A stretch of 64,000 bases of DNA from an uncultured delta proteobacterium (GTDB taxonomy: Bacteria; Desulfobacterota; Desulfobacteria; Desulfobacterales; JAHEIW01). Positions 50,942-61,101 of this stretch are shown in pieces. The translations under genes and the position numbers were made by a program. The notes under the pieces are model-generated. The model did no database searches. It had not been told where the DNA came from and was given only the letters and a program-made list of their open reading frames with translations. Positions within the stretch are counted from its first letter, which is position 1. Each line of letters begins with the position of its first letter. The DNA lies in contig CAVPNL010000001.1 of NCBI GenBank assembly GCA_963706575.1, positions 352,001-416,000 on the forward strand, read 5' to 3'.

Positions 50942-51880
50942 ATGCATGACAACCGAATGGCGGTTATCGGAATAGGGGCTACCGGGACGGTTTTGGCTGC
51001 GATGCTTTTGCGTAACTATCCCGACACCTTTCTTATCGGCAGCACCCCGGCTTTGGGTGAAAAGCTGAGTAGAAAGGGTATTTTTGTTTCAGGCGAAATT
51101 TCTTGTAAAGCCTCAGTCAAAAATTATTCCTGTCAAATCGGATCTCTTAAAGATTTCAGACCGTCTTCAATCTTTCTGACCACTAAAACCTTTCACCTGG
51201 AAGGAATTCTCAATCACCTGCGAACGGTGTTTGAGCCCGGAATGAAAATAATTTCCTGTCAGAACGGATTGGGACCTGAGGATCTTGTCGCGGATCGATT
51301 CGGCCGGGATTCGACCCTGCGAATGTCGCTAAATTATGGCGTATCATTGAAGCGTGCCGCAGAAGCTCAAGTCACTTTTTTCAATCGGCCCAATCATTTA
51401 GGCAGCCTGTCGGGGGTAAATCAAAACCTGGGGCTACAACTCGCTGATCGGATCAGCGGCTGCGGATTGGAAACCGAACTTGTTGATGACATAAAATTAT
51501 TTGTATGGAAAAAAATGATTATGAAATGTACCATGGCGTCAATATGTGCGGTGACAGATAAGACCATCAAGGAAGCTTTGGAATATCCGCCCACACGGGA
51601 AATCGCAGATGCCTGCTTTAAGGAAGCCCTCGCGGTTGCCAGGGCAATGGGCTATGACCTGGGAGAAGATTACCTCCAACAGGCGCTCGGCTATCTGCAA
51701 AAGGTCGGCATCCATAAAGATTCGATGTGCAATGATATCGAAAACAAAACGCCAACCGAAATTGATTTTTTGGGCGCCAAAGTCGTCGAGTATGCGCGCC
51801 TCAAAGGGATTTCAACCCCATTTTATGCCACCATGACCAACCTGGTTAAGGCGATTGAAAGTAATTATTTGGAGAAGTAA
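50942..51880 (+). CDS. panE: 2-dehydropantoate 2-reductase family
   Basis: GIGATG, TKT, QNGLG, VWKK, SM..D, TEIDFL. Confidence 0.85.
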   Translation: MHDNRMAVIGIGATGTVLAAMLLRNYPDTFLIGSTPALGEKLSRKGIFVSGEISCKASVKNYSCQIGSLKDFRPSSIFLTTKTFHLEGILNHLRTVFEPGMKIISCQNGLGPEDLVADRFGRDSTLRMSLNYGVSLKRAAEAQVTFFNRPNHLGSLSGVNQNLGLQLADRISGCGLETELVDDIKLFVWKKMIMKCTMASICAVTDKTIKEALEYPPTREIADACFKEALAVARAMGYDLGEDYLQQALGYLQKVGIHKDSMCNDIENKTPTEIDFLGAKVVEYARLKGISTPFYATMTNLVKAIESNYLEK

Positions 51881-52022
51881 ACGTTTCAAACAATAGCTAG
51901 TTTTTTCCTCATTCTGTAATTTTCCAGGACTTGCCCTAAGGTACCTCCGACGCTTTCATTCGTGCACATTGGTTGAGAATTTTTAGAGATGCTACCCATG
52001 GCCTTGTCTTTGAAAGAAAATC

Positions 52023-52054
52023 TTGACCCCAAATTTGGTATACAGTATACAAAA
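52023..52054 (+). promoter_or_regulatory. Sigma70 promoter overlapped by a GntR-like palindrome
   Basis: TTGACC-N17-TATACA; TTGGTATACAGTATACAAAA. Confidence 0.55.
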
Positions 52055-52116
52055 CTCTTCAGGTGATCCTAAAAAACGTTATCCTTTTATTTTTGGTTTA
52101 GCCAAAAGGCATTGCG

Positions 52117-52620
52117 ATGAATGAAAACTCAATTATGGACCAGCTGGTGTATGATTCTGCCTCCGGCGCATTGACTTACCGAGATATCAGGTATGTGGTC
52201 ATCCGTCCTGAGACGATTGTCGGTTTTCAGAAAACCATAGAAAAACACAGCCGGAAGGGGGCTCAGGATGCCCTGTTTCAAGGAGGCTATCAGGGGGGAT
52301 ATCTCTCGGCCAAAAAATTCAAAGAAATGCAAAACCTTTCAGACAGTGAGACCATCAACTTTATGATGACCATGGGGGCTGAAATCGGATGGGGACATTT
52401 TCAACTGATAGATTATGATTTTGAAAACGACAAATTGCAAATCAAGGTTGAAAATTCTGCTTTTGCAGAAGCATACGGTGAATCAACGGAAGGTGTGTGT
52501 CATTTAATCAACGGCGTGCTCAGCGGCCTTGCCACAGTTCTTTTTGGGCGCAATTGTATGGGTTCCGAAATCGAGTGTTTGGCCAAGGGGGATAAGCATT
52601 GTGTTTTTCACATCAGATAA
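52117..52620 (+). CDS. V4R-domain protein
   Basis: GWG, NSAFAE, VCH..G, EIECLAKGDKHCVF. Confidence 0.9.
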   Translation: MNENSIMDQLVYDSASGALTYRDIRYVVIRPETIVGFQKTIEKHSRKGAQDALFQGGYQGGYLSAKKFKEMQNLSDSETINFMMTMGAEIGWGHFQLIDYDFENDKLQIKVENSAFAEAYGESTEGVCHLINGVLSGLATVLFGRNCMGSEIECLAKGDKHCVFHIR

Positions 52621-52632
52621 AAGGGGTTTCCA

Positions 52633-54177
52633 ATGATCCGGTCTATGAATATTGCCTGGTGGGTGCAACGCTGGAGTGATCTGCATCCGGACAAACCGGC
52701 TGTCATTTTTGAAGAAGAACAAATTTCCTATTCCGAACTGAACCAACGTGCCAATCGGGCCAGTTGCTGGTTGCAGTCGTTGGGAATCGAAAAAGGCGAT
52801 CGCGTGACGGTTATGCTGAACAACTGCCCTGAGTTTCTTGAACTTTTCCTGGCCTGCGCACGGCTGGGGGCCATTTTTGTGCCGCTTAATTTTCGGTCGG
52901 CCCCCCCGGAGCTGGATTATTTTCTTAAAAACTGTCGTCCCCGGCTGTTTGTATTCGGACACGAATTTATGGATAACGTAAAAAAACTGGATTTTGAAAA
53001 TACCCGACCGCAGGTGTTGTTATCATCGGTCGGCAAAGCGCCGGCCGATACAACAGTTGTAGATTATATCCGCGAATCGGCTGTCTTTGACGGCCGCAAA
53101 CCTTTTCTCACGCCTTCTTTGGGCCCGACCGATCCGGAAGAGCCCCAGGTCATCATGTATACCTCCGGCACCACCGGTCGGCCAAAAGGTGCCGTGCTCA
53201 GTCACCGCAAGACGTTTTTCAACTGCCTGAATGCCGACATCTTTTTTAAGATGCATTTTGACGACATCATGCTCGTCATATTGCCCCTGTTTCATTCCGG
53301 CGGTCTTTTTATCCAGGCATCGCCTGTCATCTACAAAGGCGCTACCATGGTCATGCATCCCAAATTTGACCCGCTAAAAGTCTATCAGGATATAGAGCGA
53401 TACAAGGTTACCAAATTTTTAGGTGTTCCGACCGTTTATCGGGCGCTTGTTAAAGTTGACCCGCAAGAAAGAGGAGATATTTCGTCCTTAAAGGTATGCG
53501 CCGGAGGAGGGGAGAAGACCACTCCCGAGTTGTTTGAAAAATGCAGAGAAGCCGGACTGGCGTTTCGCCAGGTCATGGGGCAAACGGAAACCTCGATATT
53601 GCTGTGGGCTTCGGAGGAAGATTCTTTTCGCAAACCGGGCACGGTGGGTCGGCCGGTATTTCACGCTGAAGTCAATATCGTGGATAAAAACGGTCGTCCG
53701 GTAAAACCTGGAGACGTCGGTGAGATCGTTGTGCGCGGCTCCATTATGATGAAGGAATACTGGCAGGACCCGGTCAGAACCGAAGAAACTATTCGAAACG
53801 GAATGCTCTACACCGGGGATCTTGCCCGTAGGGATGAAGAAGGCTATTATTTTCTGATCGACCGCGCAAGGGATATGTATATTACCGGCGGAGAAAATGT
53901 CTATCCGGCCGAAGTTGAGCGTATCTTAAGAGAGCACCCCGAAATTGAAGATATTGCCGTGGTGGGTGTGCCGGACGAAAGATGGGGGGAAGTCGGTCAG
54001 GCTTTTGTCATTCCCAAAAAAGATTTAAATTTCAGTGCTGATGGCCTCATTGGGTATTGCAAAGAGCGGATGGCAAAATTTAAATGCCCCAAACAGGTTG
54101 TACTCTGTGAAGATTTTCCACGGACTTCTCTTGGTAAAGTCCGTAAGCGGGAACTCATTAAAAATTCAAACAGCTAA
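52633..54177 (+). CDS. Acyl-CoA synthetase (AMP-binding)
   Basis: YTSGTTGRPKG, GQTET, TGDL, GGENVYPAEVE, GKVRK. Confidence 0.93.
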   Translation: MIRSMNIAWWVQRWSDLHPDKPAVIFEEEQISYSELNQRANRASCWLQSLGIEKGDRVTVMLNNCPEFLELFLACARLGAIFVPLNFRSAPPELDYFLKNCRPRLFVFGHEFMDNVKKLDFENTRPQVLLSSVGKAPADTTVVDYIRESAVFDGRKPFLTPSLGPTDPEEPQVIMYTSGTTGRPKGAVLSHRKTFFNCLNADIFFKMHFDDIMLVILPLFHSGGLFIQASPVIYKGATMVMHPKFDPLKVYQDIERYKVTKFLGVPTVYRALVKVDPQERGDISSLKVCAGGGEKTTPELFEKCREAGLAFRQVMGQTETSILLWASEEDSFRKPGTVGRPVFHAEVNIVDKNGRPVKPGDVGEIVVRGSIMMKEYWQDPVRTEETIRNGMLYTGDLARRDEEGYYFLIDRARDMYITGGENVYPAEVERILREHPEIEDIAVVGVPDERWGEVGQAFVIPKKDLNFSADGLIGYCKERMAKFKCPKQVVLCEDFPRTSLGKVRKRELIKNSNS

Positions 54178-54254
54178 ACCTTTAGAAATGGTTTCAAAAC
54201 CACTTCTAGGGTCATGATACGCAAGCAATTTACAAAACACGGTTTTATTTTAGG

Positions 54255-54365
54255 TTTCAGGTGTCAGGTGTAAGACGACAGAAGACAGATGAACAAACTG
54301 CAAGATGAAGCAACCTATCCGCCTCTGTTTTCTGTTCTCTGTCATCTGTTTACTGACACCTGAAA
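54255..54365. repeat. Inverted repeat with 7-nt-period internal repeats, between convergent genes
   Basis: TTTCAGGTGTCAG ... CTGACACCTGAAA; inner CAGAAGA-CAGATGA versus TCTGTTT-TCTGTTC-TCTGTCA. Confidence 0.6.
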
Positions 54366-54381
54366 ACATAAACACTAATTG

Positions 54382-55530
54382 CTATTTCGCCTTGCCCAGC
54401 AAATTATTGGAAATGATTACTTTCTCTACCTCTTTTGTGCCTTCGTAGATTTCGAGAACTTTACAGTCCCGGTAAAAGCGGGCAATATCATACTCGTTGA
54501 AAAAACCGTACCCGCCGTGCATTTGTAACGCCTCCTGGGCGACTGTGACGGCATTTTGGGCACAATACCATTTGGCCATTGCAATCAGGCCATGGTCCTC
54601 CTGGCCACTGTCGATGGTCCAGGCCGCTCGGTAGTATAGTGAACGTCCGGCTTCAATCAGAGTTGCCATTTCAGCAATCTTAAACCGAATGCCTTGAAAT
54701 GAAGCTATTTTTTTGCCAAATTGTTCTCTTTCCTTGATATGTTTGACGGCCTGCTCCAAAGCTCCCTGTGCAAGACCGACACCCTGAGCGCACACGGTAA
54801 TTCTTTCACGATTAAAAAGCCCCAGAATATGAGCAAAGCCTTCCTGCTCTTTTCCAATTAGATTGGTTGTCGGCACGCGCACATCTTTGAACACGACTTC
54901 AGCACAATCGGCTGCGCGGATACCCAGTTTATTTTTTAATTTGTTGGCTTGATATCCTGCTCTGTCGGTTTCAACCATGATGAGACTATATTGTCTATGG
55001 CGGGGCGCTTCCGGATGCGTTTTGCAAAACACCAGAATATAATCTGCCAGGGTGGCATTGCTGATGAACATTTTGCTACCGTTGATGATATACTCGTCCC
55101 TATCTCTAACAGCGGTTGTCTGGGCACTGGTGACATCCGATCCGGCATCCGGCTCGGTGATGGCGGTCCCCATAATCGCTTTAGCTTCCACCAGCGGTGT
55201 CAGATATTTTTTCTTTTGCTCCTCGCTGGCATGATCAATGATAATCTCGGCGCCAAAGGTCGTGGAGATGATGGCCTGGGATAGTCCGGGATCAATTCGC
55301 CAGAACTCTTCAACAATTAGGGCCTTTTCAAAAAAACCCAAGCCAAAACCGCCATATTCTTCAGGGATATACGACCCCACAAAACCAAGTTCCCGGGCCT
55401 TTTCAAGCAGGGCCATATCCAGTTCTTCCTTTAGGTCACATTCCTGAGCTACTGCAGGGAATTCGCCTTCGGCAAATTCCCTGGCCGCAAGTTTGATACC
55501 CTGCTGCTCCTTGTTCAATTTAAAATCCAT
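54382..55530 (-). CDS. Acyl-CoA dehydrogenase
   Basis: TEPDAGSD, NGSKMFISN, KLGIR, REQFGK, MHGGYG, IYEGT. Confidence 0.95.
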   Translation of the reverse strand: MDFKLNKEQQGIKLAAREFAEGEFPAVAQECDLKEELDMALLEKARELGFVGSYIPEEYGGFGLGFFEKALIVEEFWRIDPGLSQAIISTTFGAEIIIDHASEEQKKKYLTPLVEAKAIMGTAITEPDAGSDVTSAQTTAVRDRDEYIINGSKMFISNATLADYILVFCKTHPEAPRHRQYSLIMVETDRAGYQANKLKNKLGIRAADCAEVVFKDVRVPTTNLIGKEQEGFAHILGLFNRERITVCAQGVGLAQGALEQAVKHIKEREQFGKKIASFQGIRFKIAEMATLIEAGRSLYYRAAWTIDSGQEDHGLIAMAKWYCAQNAVTVAQEALQMHGGYGFFNEYDIARFYRDCKVLEIYEGTKEVEKVIISNNLLGKAK

Positions 55531-55637
55531 AATTAAAATCCTCCTCAAAAAACGGAATCGATTGAAAAGCGCAATTTGAATTTATATGACATCTGTTTGT
55601 GCAAAGCGATTCGTCGGGAACACAGCGATTGATAAAA

Positions 55638-56396
55638 TCAGGGAATCGTTAATCCGCCGTCAATGATGACATGCTCGCCAACAATATAACCGGCAAGATC
55701 TGATGCCAGGAATACAACCAGATTGGCGATCTCGGCGGGATCAGCGAACCGTTTGATGGGCACTCCTTTTAAAATCAATTCCCGTGATCCTTTTTGTAGA
55801 AATTGATCCACCAATTCTGTGTCGACAGGACCCGGCCCCACAGCGTTGACATTGATATTGTATTTGATCCATTCAATCGCCACTGACCGGGTAAAATGAA
55901 TAATGGCGGCCTTGCTGGAATGATAGGACGCATTTTTCGGTCCGGCGATGACGCCTCCCGTAGAGGCCATGTTGATGATTTTTCCGTACTTTTGTTCAAT
56001 CATATAGCGGCCGGCTGCCTGTGCACACAAGAAATAGGCCTTTAAGTTGACCGCCATCACTTTATCCCAGTCATCCTCGGTCTGTTCCATTAAGGCTGCG
56101 GGGGCCATGATGGCCGCGTTGTTAACTAAAATATGCAAACCGCCCAGCTGATCGATGGCCGTCGACATGAGTCGATCGACGGCTTCCTTGCGAGTCACAT
56201 CGGTGGGCACCGGCACTCCCTGGCATCCTTTTGACCGGATTTCTTCGGCCGTCTTTTCCAGTTGAACAGCCGTTCTGGCGGCCAAAACGACATCAGCACC
56301 GGCTTCAGCCAGGGCAATGGCGATGGCCTTTCCGATACCCCGTCCGGCGCCGGTGACAACCGCCACTTTTCCTTTCAGGTCGATTTCTATTGCCAT
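55638..56396 (-). CDS. SDR oxidoreductase
   Basis: TGAGRGIG, NNA, YHSSK, DGG. Confidence 0.93.
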   Translation of the reverse strand: MAIEIDLKGKVAVVTGAGRGIGKAIAIALAEAGADVVLAARTAVQLEKTAEEIRSKGCQGVPVPTDVTRKEAVDRLMSTAIDQLGGLHILVNNAAIMAPAALMEQTEDDWDKVMAVNLKAYFLCAQAAGRYMIEQKYGKIINMASTGGVIAGPKNASYHSSKAAIIHFTRSVAIEWIKYNINVNAVGPGPVDTELVDQFLQKGSRELILKGVPIKRFADPAEIANLVVFLASDLAGYIVGEHVIIDGGLTIP

Positions 56397-56439
56397 GCGT
56401 ATTTTCCTCCTGACGCTGCAGTAGCAAAAATCTCAGCTT

Positions 56440-56563
56440 GAAGCCATCTCGAAAATAGGATTTTGGTTCAAGATTCCGTCTTCGCCAAAAGGCTTCGCCG
56501 GGACATGCGAGGCACCAATCCCGCCAAAGGCGGGAGGTCAAAAGACATTTTTGAGATGGCTTC
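56440..56563. mobile_element. MITE-like element
   Basis: 17-bp terminal inverted repeats GAAGCCATCTCGAAAAT / ATTTTTGAGATGGCTTC (one mismatch); internal hairpin TCCCGCCAAAGGCGGGA. Confidence 0.65.
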
Positions 56564-57304
56564 TTACATCATAAAAGAGCCACCATCACAATTTATCGTT
56601 TGCCCGGTAATATAAGAAGCTTCATCCGAAGCCAGAAATACGGCCAGATTGGCCACTTCCATCGGATCTCCGAATCTGCCGAGGGGAATCCCGGATTTAA
56701 GTTTTTCCTGGGCTTCCGGTGGGACTGCTTTAAGCATGTCTGTCCAGATGGTTCCCGGAGAGATGCAGTTGCAGGTCACATTCTTACGACAAAGCTCTTT
56801 GGCCGCGGTGCGGGTCATGCCGACCACACCACCTTTAGAGGTCGCATAGTTCAGCTGTCCCGGGTTGCCAAATCTCGAAGTTGATGAAACATTAATGATG
56901 GTTCCTTTGCCTTGTTGCCGCATGTAGATCGCTGCCGCTTGCAGACAATTAAAACTGCCCTTCAAATTTACGTCTATCACCTGGTCCCATTGTTCCTCGG
57001 TCATTTTGTGCAGAATCGCATCCCTTGTGATGGCCGCATTATTTACCAGTATATCAAGATCACCCAAAATTTTAACCGTATCCGCCACCATGGATTCAAC
57101 AAACGCCTTTTGCGAAATATCACCGACAGCCATAAAGCATTTTCCGTTCATATCATTGACTTTGGACGCCACTTCTTTGAGGGCGTGCTCATCTATATCG
57201 CACAGGGTCACTTTAGCGCCTTCAGCAATAAACCTCAAAACCATGGCTTCACCGATGCCACGCGCTGCTCCGGTAACAATTGCCACTTTTTCTTTAAGTC
57301 GCAT
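56564..57304 (-). CDS. SDR, FabG/PhaB-like 3-oxoacyl reductase
   Basis: TGAARGIG, ITRD, GQLNYATSK, IPLGRFG. Confidence 0.93.
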   Translation of the reverse strand: MRLKEKVAIVTGAARGIGEAMVLRFIAEGAKVTLCDIDEHALKEVASKVNDMNGKCFMAVGDISQKAFVESMVADTVKILGDLDILVNNAAITRDAILHKMTEEQWDQVIDVNLKGSFNCLQAAAIYMRQQGKGTIINVSSTSRFGNPGQLNYATSKGGVVGMTRTAAKELCRKNVTCNCISPGTIWTDMLKAVPPEAQEKLKSGIPLGRFGDPMEVANLAVFLASDEASYITGQTINCDGGSFMM

Positions 57305-57323
57305 CGTTTTCTCCTTTTAAAAA

Positions 57324-57758
57324 TTATGATTTATCCATGGGGTAGAGGACTTCAAACTGCCCGGTCAACTTGATCTCTCCCTTTTGATCTTTGGCCTCGG
57401 TATGACACAAAATGCGAAGGTTTTCGTCTTCTGCGACTTTCTCAGTTACGGTGGCACTGACTGAAATCGTATCGCCCGCAAATGTCATCCCCTTAAAACG
57501 CACCTGAAACCGCTTCAAATATCGTTTCGGCGCCCAGCAGGTAATGGCCTGGCCGACAAAGCCCATAATCAATAGCCCCTGTGCAATTACGCCCTTTAAA
57601 CCCGCCTTTTGAGCGACAGCGTCATCGGTATGCAGGGGATTAAAATCGCCTGAGGCCCCGGCATAGCGAACCAGTTGAGTCTTCGTTACCGGATCTTTTA
57701 CAACGATAGGGAGCATATCGCCAACTTCTATTTCACTAAAATTTACGTAAGGCGCCAT
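57324..57758 (-). CDS. MaoC-family (R)-hydratase
   Basis: YAGASGDFNPLH. Confidence 0.9.
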   Translation of the reverse strand: MAPYVNFSEIEVGDMLPIVVKDPVTKTQLVRYAGASGDFNPLHTDDAVAQKAGLKGVIAQGLLIMGFVGQAITCWAPKRYLKRFQVRFKGMTFAGDTISVSATVTEKVAEDENLRILCHTEAKDQKGEIKLTGQFEVLYPMDKS

Positions 57759-57779
57759 GTTGTTATTCTGTTTCTATTT

Positions 57780-58229
57780 CTATAATCGTTCTATTATTAA
57801 AGATCTGGCCTTTAGGACGGTCTGGTCTTTTTGGTTGGTGAAAATGGTTTGCAGTGTAATCAGATCAAGACTTCCCGATTTGGTTTCCTTTTCAACAATC
57901 GATTCACAGGACATCTGACAGTGCAACACATCTCCGGGAAAAATTTCACCGATATATTCATATTCTTCCTCTCCATGCAGAACGCGCTCAAGCGGCACAT
58001 CGAGCATTTTGAAGATTTCGAGGTAAGCGCCGGTGAACTCCTGAAATGCCATCGTAATGTAAGTGGGCGGGCAGGGGGTATCCGGGTAACCTTCAGCTTC
58101 CGCCTTAGATCTGTCCAGGTAGATCGGGTTGTCATCCCCGATGGCAGCCATCAATTCCCGGATCTTTACGCGCTCGACTTCCAAGAGATAGGTCGGCAAT
58201 TTTACACCGATCTTTGATTTGTCTGCCAT
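57780..58229 (-). CDS. MaoC-like dehydratase partner subunit
   Basis: AIGDDNPIY, PPT, LHGE. Confidence 0.88.
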   Translation of the reverse strand: MADKSKIGVKLPTYLLEVERVKIRELMAAIGDDNPIYLDRSKAEAEGYPDTPCPPTYITMAFQEFTGAYLEIFKMLDVPLERVLHGEEEYEYIGEIFPGDVLHCQMSCESIVEKETKSGSLDLITLQTIFTNQKDQTVLKARSLIIERL

Positions 58230-58254
58230 AGGTTCAGTCTTTCATTCGCCTTCA

Positions 58255-59475
58255 TTAAACTTGTAAAATAATGGATTCTCCCTGGCCAAGTCCACCACAA
58301 ATGGCGGCTGCACCGCTGCCGCCTCCCCGGCGCATCAATTCATACATCAATGTCATGGTGATACGCGCTCCACTGGCCCCAACCGGGTGCCCAATGGCAA
58401 TGGCGCCGCCGTTGACATTGGTGATCTCCTGAAGGGCGTTGTATTTATAGGCATCCATTTCGGCCAAGGCCTTTAACGAAACCAGGGTAACGGCCGCAAA
58501 CGCCTCGTTGATTTCGATGAGATCCAGGTCGTCGATAGTTTTTTGGGTGTTGGAAAGCGCCTTATTAATGGCCTTGGCGGGCAGGGTGGCCATATAGTTG
58601 GGTTCCGCCGCATCCCAGGCCATGGTTTCAATGGCGGCCAGGGGTTGAAGACCCAGTTTGTCGGCCTTCTTGCGGCTCATGATCACAATCGCCGAACCAC
58701 CGGCGTTCATCCCCGGCGCATTTCCGGCAGTCACGGTTGGGCTGCCGTATATGGTCCTGAGTTTTGCCAGTTTTTCCAAAGAGGTCTTGCGCGGCGGTTC
58801 GTCTCGGTCGAAGACAATGGGATCACCCTTGCGCTGGGGGATCTCAAGTGCCATGATTTCTTGGCCGACTTTATATTTTCCTTCTTCATAGGCTGCTGCC
58901 CAGCGTTCTTGGCTTCTCAGGCCCCAATTGTCTTGCTCCGCCCTGTCAATTTCGAATTCCAAAGCGACTTCACCGGCATCCAGCGCCACCGGATTGAAGC
59001 CTTTTTTGCCGTACCCCAGCTCAAACAGGATATCGACCATCTGGATATGGCCCAACCGGTTACCCCAGCGGCCGCTTTTGGCTTCCACCAGGTGACAGGC
59101 GTTGCCCATATTTTCTGCCCCGCAGGCAATTGCCACATCTGCTTCCCCGGAACGGATGGCACGAAACCCTAATCGCAGTGCCGTCATGGACGAACAGCAC
59201 GCCCGATCGAGGGTCAGGGAGATGCTGTCGGACGGAAATCCCGCCAGCAGGGTGATTTGCCTGGCCGGGACATTCAAATAGGGGGCATATTCGGCGGGAA
59301 TACAGGTTCCGTAATAAAGCTCATCCACCTCCGCAGGATCGAGTTGAATCCGATTGAGCGCTTCCTTAACCACCATGACACCCAGATCGATGCTGGGAAC
59401 ATCCTTGAGAACCCCGTCAAAGCGACCGAAAGGGGTTCTGACCGCACTGACAATGACCGCATCGGTACTATCCAT
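58255..59475 (-). CDS. Thiolase
   Basis: RTPFG, RACCSS, NEAF, GHPVGASG, ICGGLGQG. Confidence 0.93.
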   Translation of the reverse strand: MDSTDAVIVSAVRTPFGRFDGVLKDVPSIDLGVMVVKEALNRIQLDPAEVDELYYGTCIPAEYAPYLNVPARQITLLAGFPSDSISLTLDRACCSSMTALRLGFRAIRSGEADVAIACGAENMGNACHLVEAKSGRWGNRLGHIQMVDILFELGYGKKGFNPVALDAGEVALEFEIDRAEQDNWGLRSQERWAAAYEEGKYKVGQEIMALEIPQRKGDPIVFDRDEPPRKTSLEKLAKLRTIYGSPTVTAGNAPGMNAGGSAIVIMSRKKADKLGLQPLAAIETMAWDAAEPNYMATLPAKAINKALSNTQKTIDDLDLIEINEAFAAVTLVSLKALAEMDAYKYNALQEITNVNGGAIAIGHPVGASGARITMTLMYELMRRGGGSGAAAICGGLGQGESIILQV

Positions 59476-59506
59476 AATGTTTTCCTTGTTTTTACGCGTT
59501 AACGGT

Positions 59507-61091
59507 TTAAACCGGCATGATGCCGTGCTTGCGGGGCGATTGCGATGCACTGCTTTTTATCAAGCATCTTAAGGGCCTGGATCGTTTTTATTCGGGTCTC
59601 GGCCGGATCGATGATGTCGTCAATCACCCGTAAACCTGCTGCCAGGTAAGGCGTTGCGTAATTTTTTTCATATTCTGCAATAAATTTTTGACGGGCAGCT
59701 GCAGGATCCGACGCGCTGGCAATTTCTTTGGCCCAGATGACCTCAGCAGCGCCTTCCGGGCCCATGGAAGCGCATTCCGCCGTGGGCCAGGCGTAGACCA
59801 GGTCGATCCCCAGTTCCTTGGGGCCCATAGCCGACCAACCGCCACCGTACGCCTTGCGCAGGATGATCGTGATCATGGGCACCGTGGCTTCAGAATAGGC
59901 GTAGAGCATTTTTGCGCCGTGGCGGATGATTCCTCCGTACTCCTGGTCAATGCCCGGCAGAAAGGCAGTCGTGTCCATTAAGGTGACGATGGGGATGTTA
60001 AATGCATCCAGGATCTGAATAAATCGGGCACCCTTATCGGATGCATTGATATCGATGCTGCCACCTAAAAATTTGGACTGGTTGGCAATAATGCCGATAC
60101 TGCGACCATCCATTCTGGCAAGGCCGATCACCAGATTGGGCGCATATTCCGGTTTGATTTCTAAAAACTGTCCATCATCTACAATTTCCTGAATGACCCG
60201 ACGCACATCATAGACTTTTTTCTTTTCAGCCGGCACGATTTCCAGCAGCCCCGGGCATCGTCTCCCAGGGTCATCTGTGGTGGCGATCCTGGGCGGTTTC
60301 TCAAAGCAATTGGGCGGAAAATAGGACAATAGCGCTTTGATCGTTTCCAGACAATCATCGTCATTTTCGGTTTCAAGGTCGGCCACGCCGCTCTTTCTGC
60401 AGTGAATCTGTGAGCCGCCCAACTCATCGGGGCTGGTTTCCGCTCCGGTGACCGCCTTGATCGCTGCCGGTCCGGTAATGAACATGAAGCTGGTCTTTTT
60501 GGTCATCAGGATAAAGTCCATTAGCGCCGGTGAGTAAACAGACCCCCCCGCCGAAGGTCCCATAATGGCCGCAATTTGGGGGATGACGCCGGAACACCTC
60601 GCGTTTTGGTAAAATAGCCGGGCAAAGGTAATATTTTCAGATCCCTCCTGAAGTCGTGCACCGGCCGAATCATAAAGGCCGATCAAGGGAACCTTTTGTT
60701 CATACGCCATGGCAGCCAGATCCGCCATTTTCTTCTGGTGCACCGGGCCGGCAGAACCGCCCATCACCGTAAAATCCTGGGAATATATAAAAACGGTCTG
60801 GCCTTGAATCTCCCCGTAGCCGGTAACCACCCCATCTGCCGGAAGCATCTTTTTATCCATGCCCAGACGATTGCAGCGATGGTATGCAAAAAGTCCCAAT
60901 TCAACGAATGTGTCCGGATCCAGCAGTTTTTGAATCCGCTCTCGGGCAGTCAGCTTTCCTTTTTTATGCTGGGCTTCAATTTTGGCCGAACCGCCCCCTA
61001 GTTCCAATTCGGCGCGTCGCTCTTTCAGTTCTTGGATTTTATCTTTCATCAAGCTCATCACTTTGCCTTTCGAATTGATGCGTGAATCCAT
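59507..61091 (-). CDS. Acyl-CoA carboxyltransferase (PccB/MmdA-like); frameshift near the 3' end (~59545)
   Basis: LTARERI, DFTVMGGS, GARLQEG, GIIRHGAK, KAYGG; shifted frame restores PRKHGIMPV*. Confidence 0.92.
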
Positions 61092-61101
61092 CCGGTTTGA
61101 C

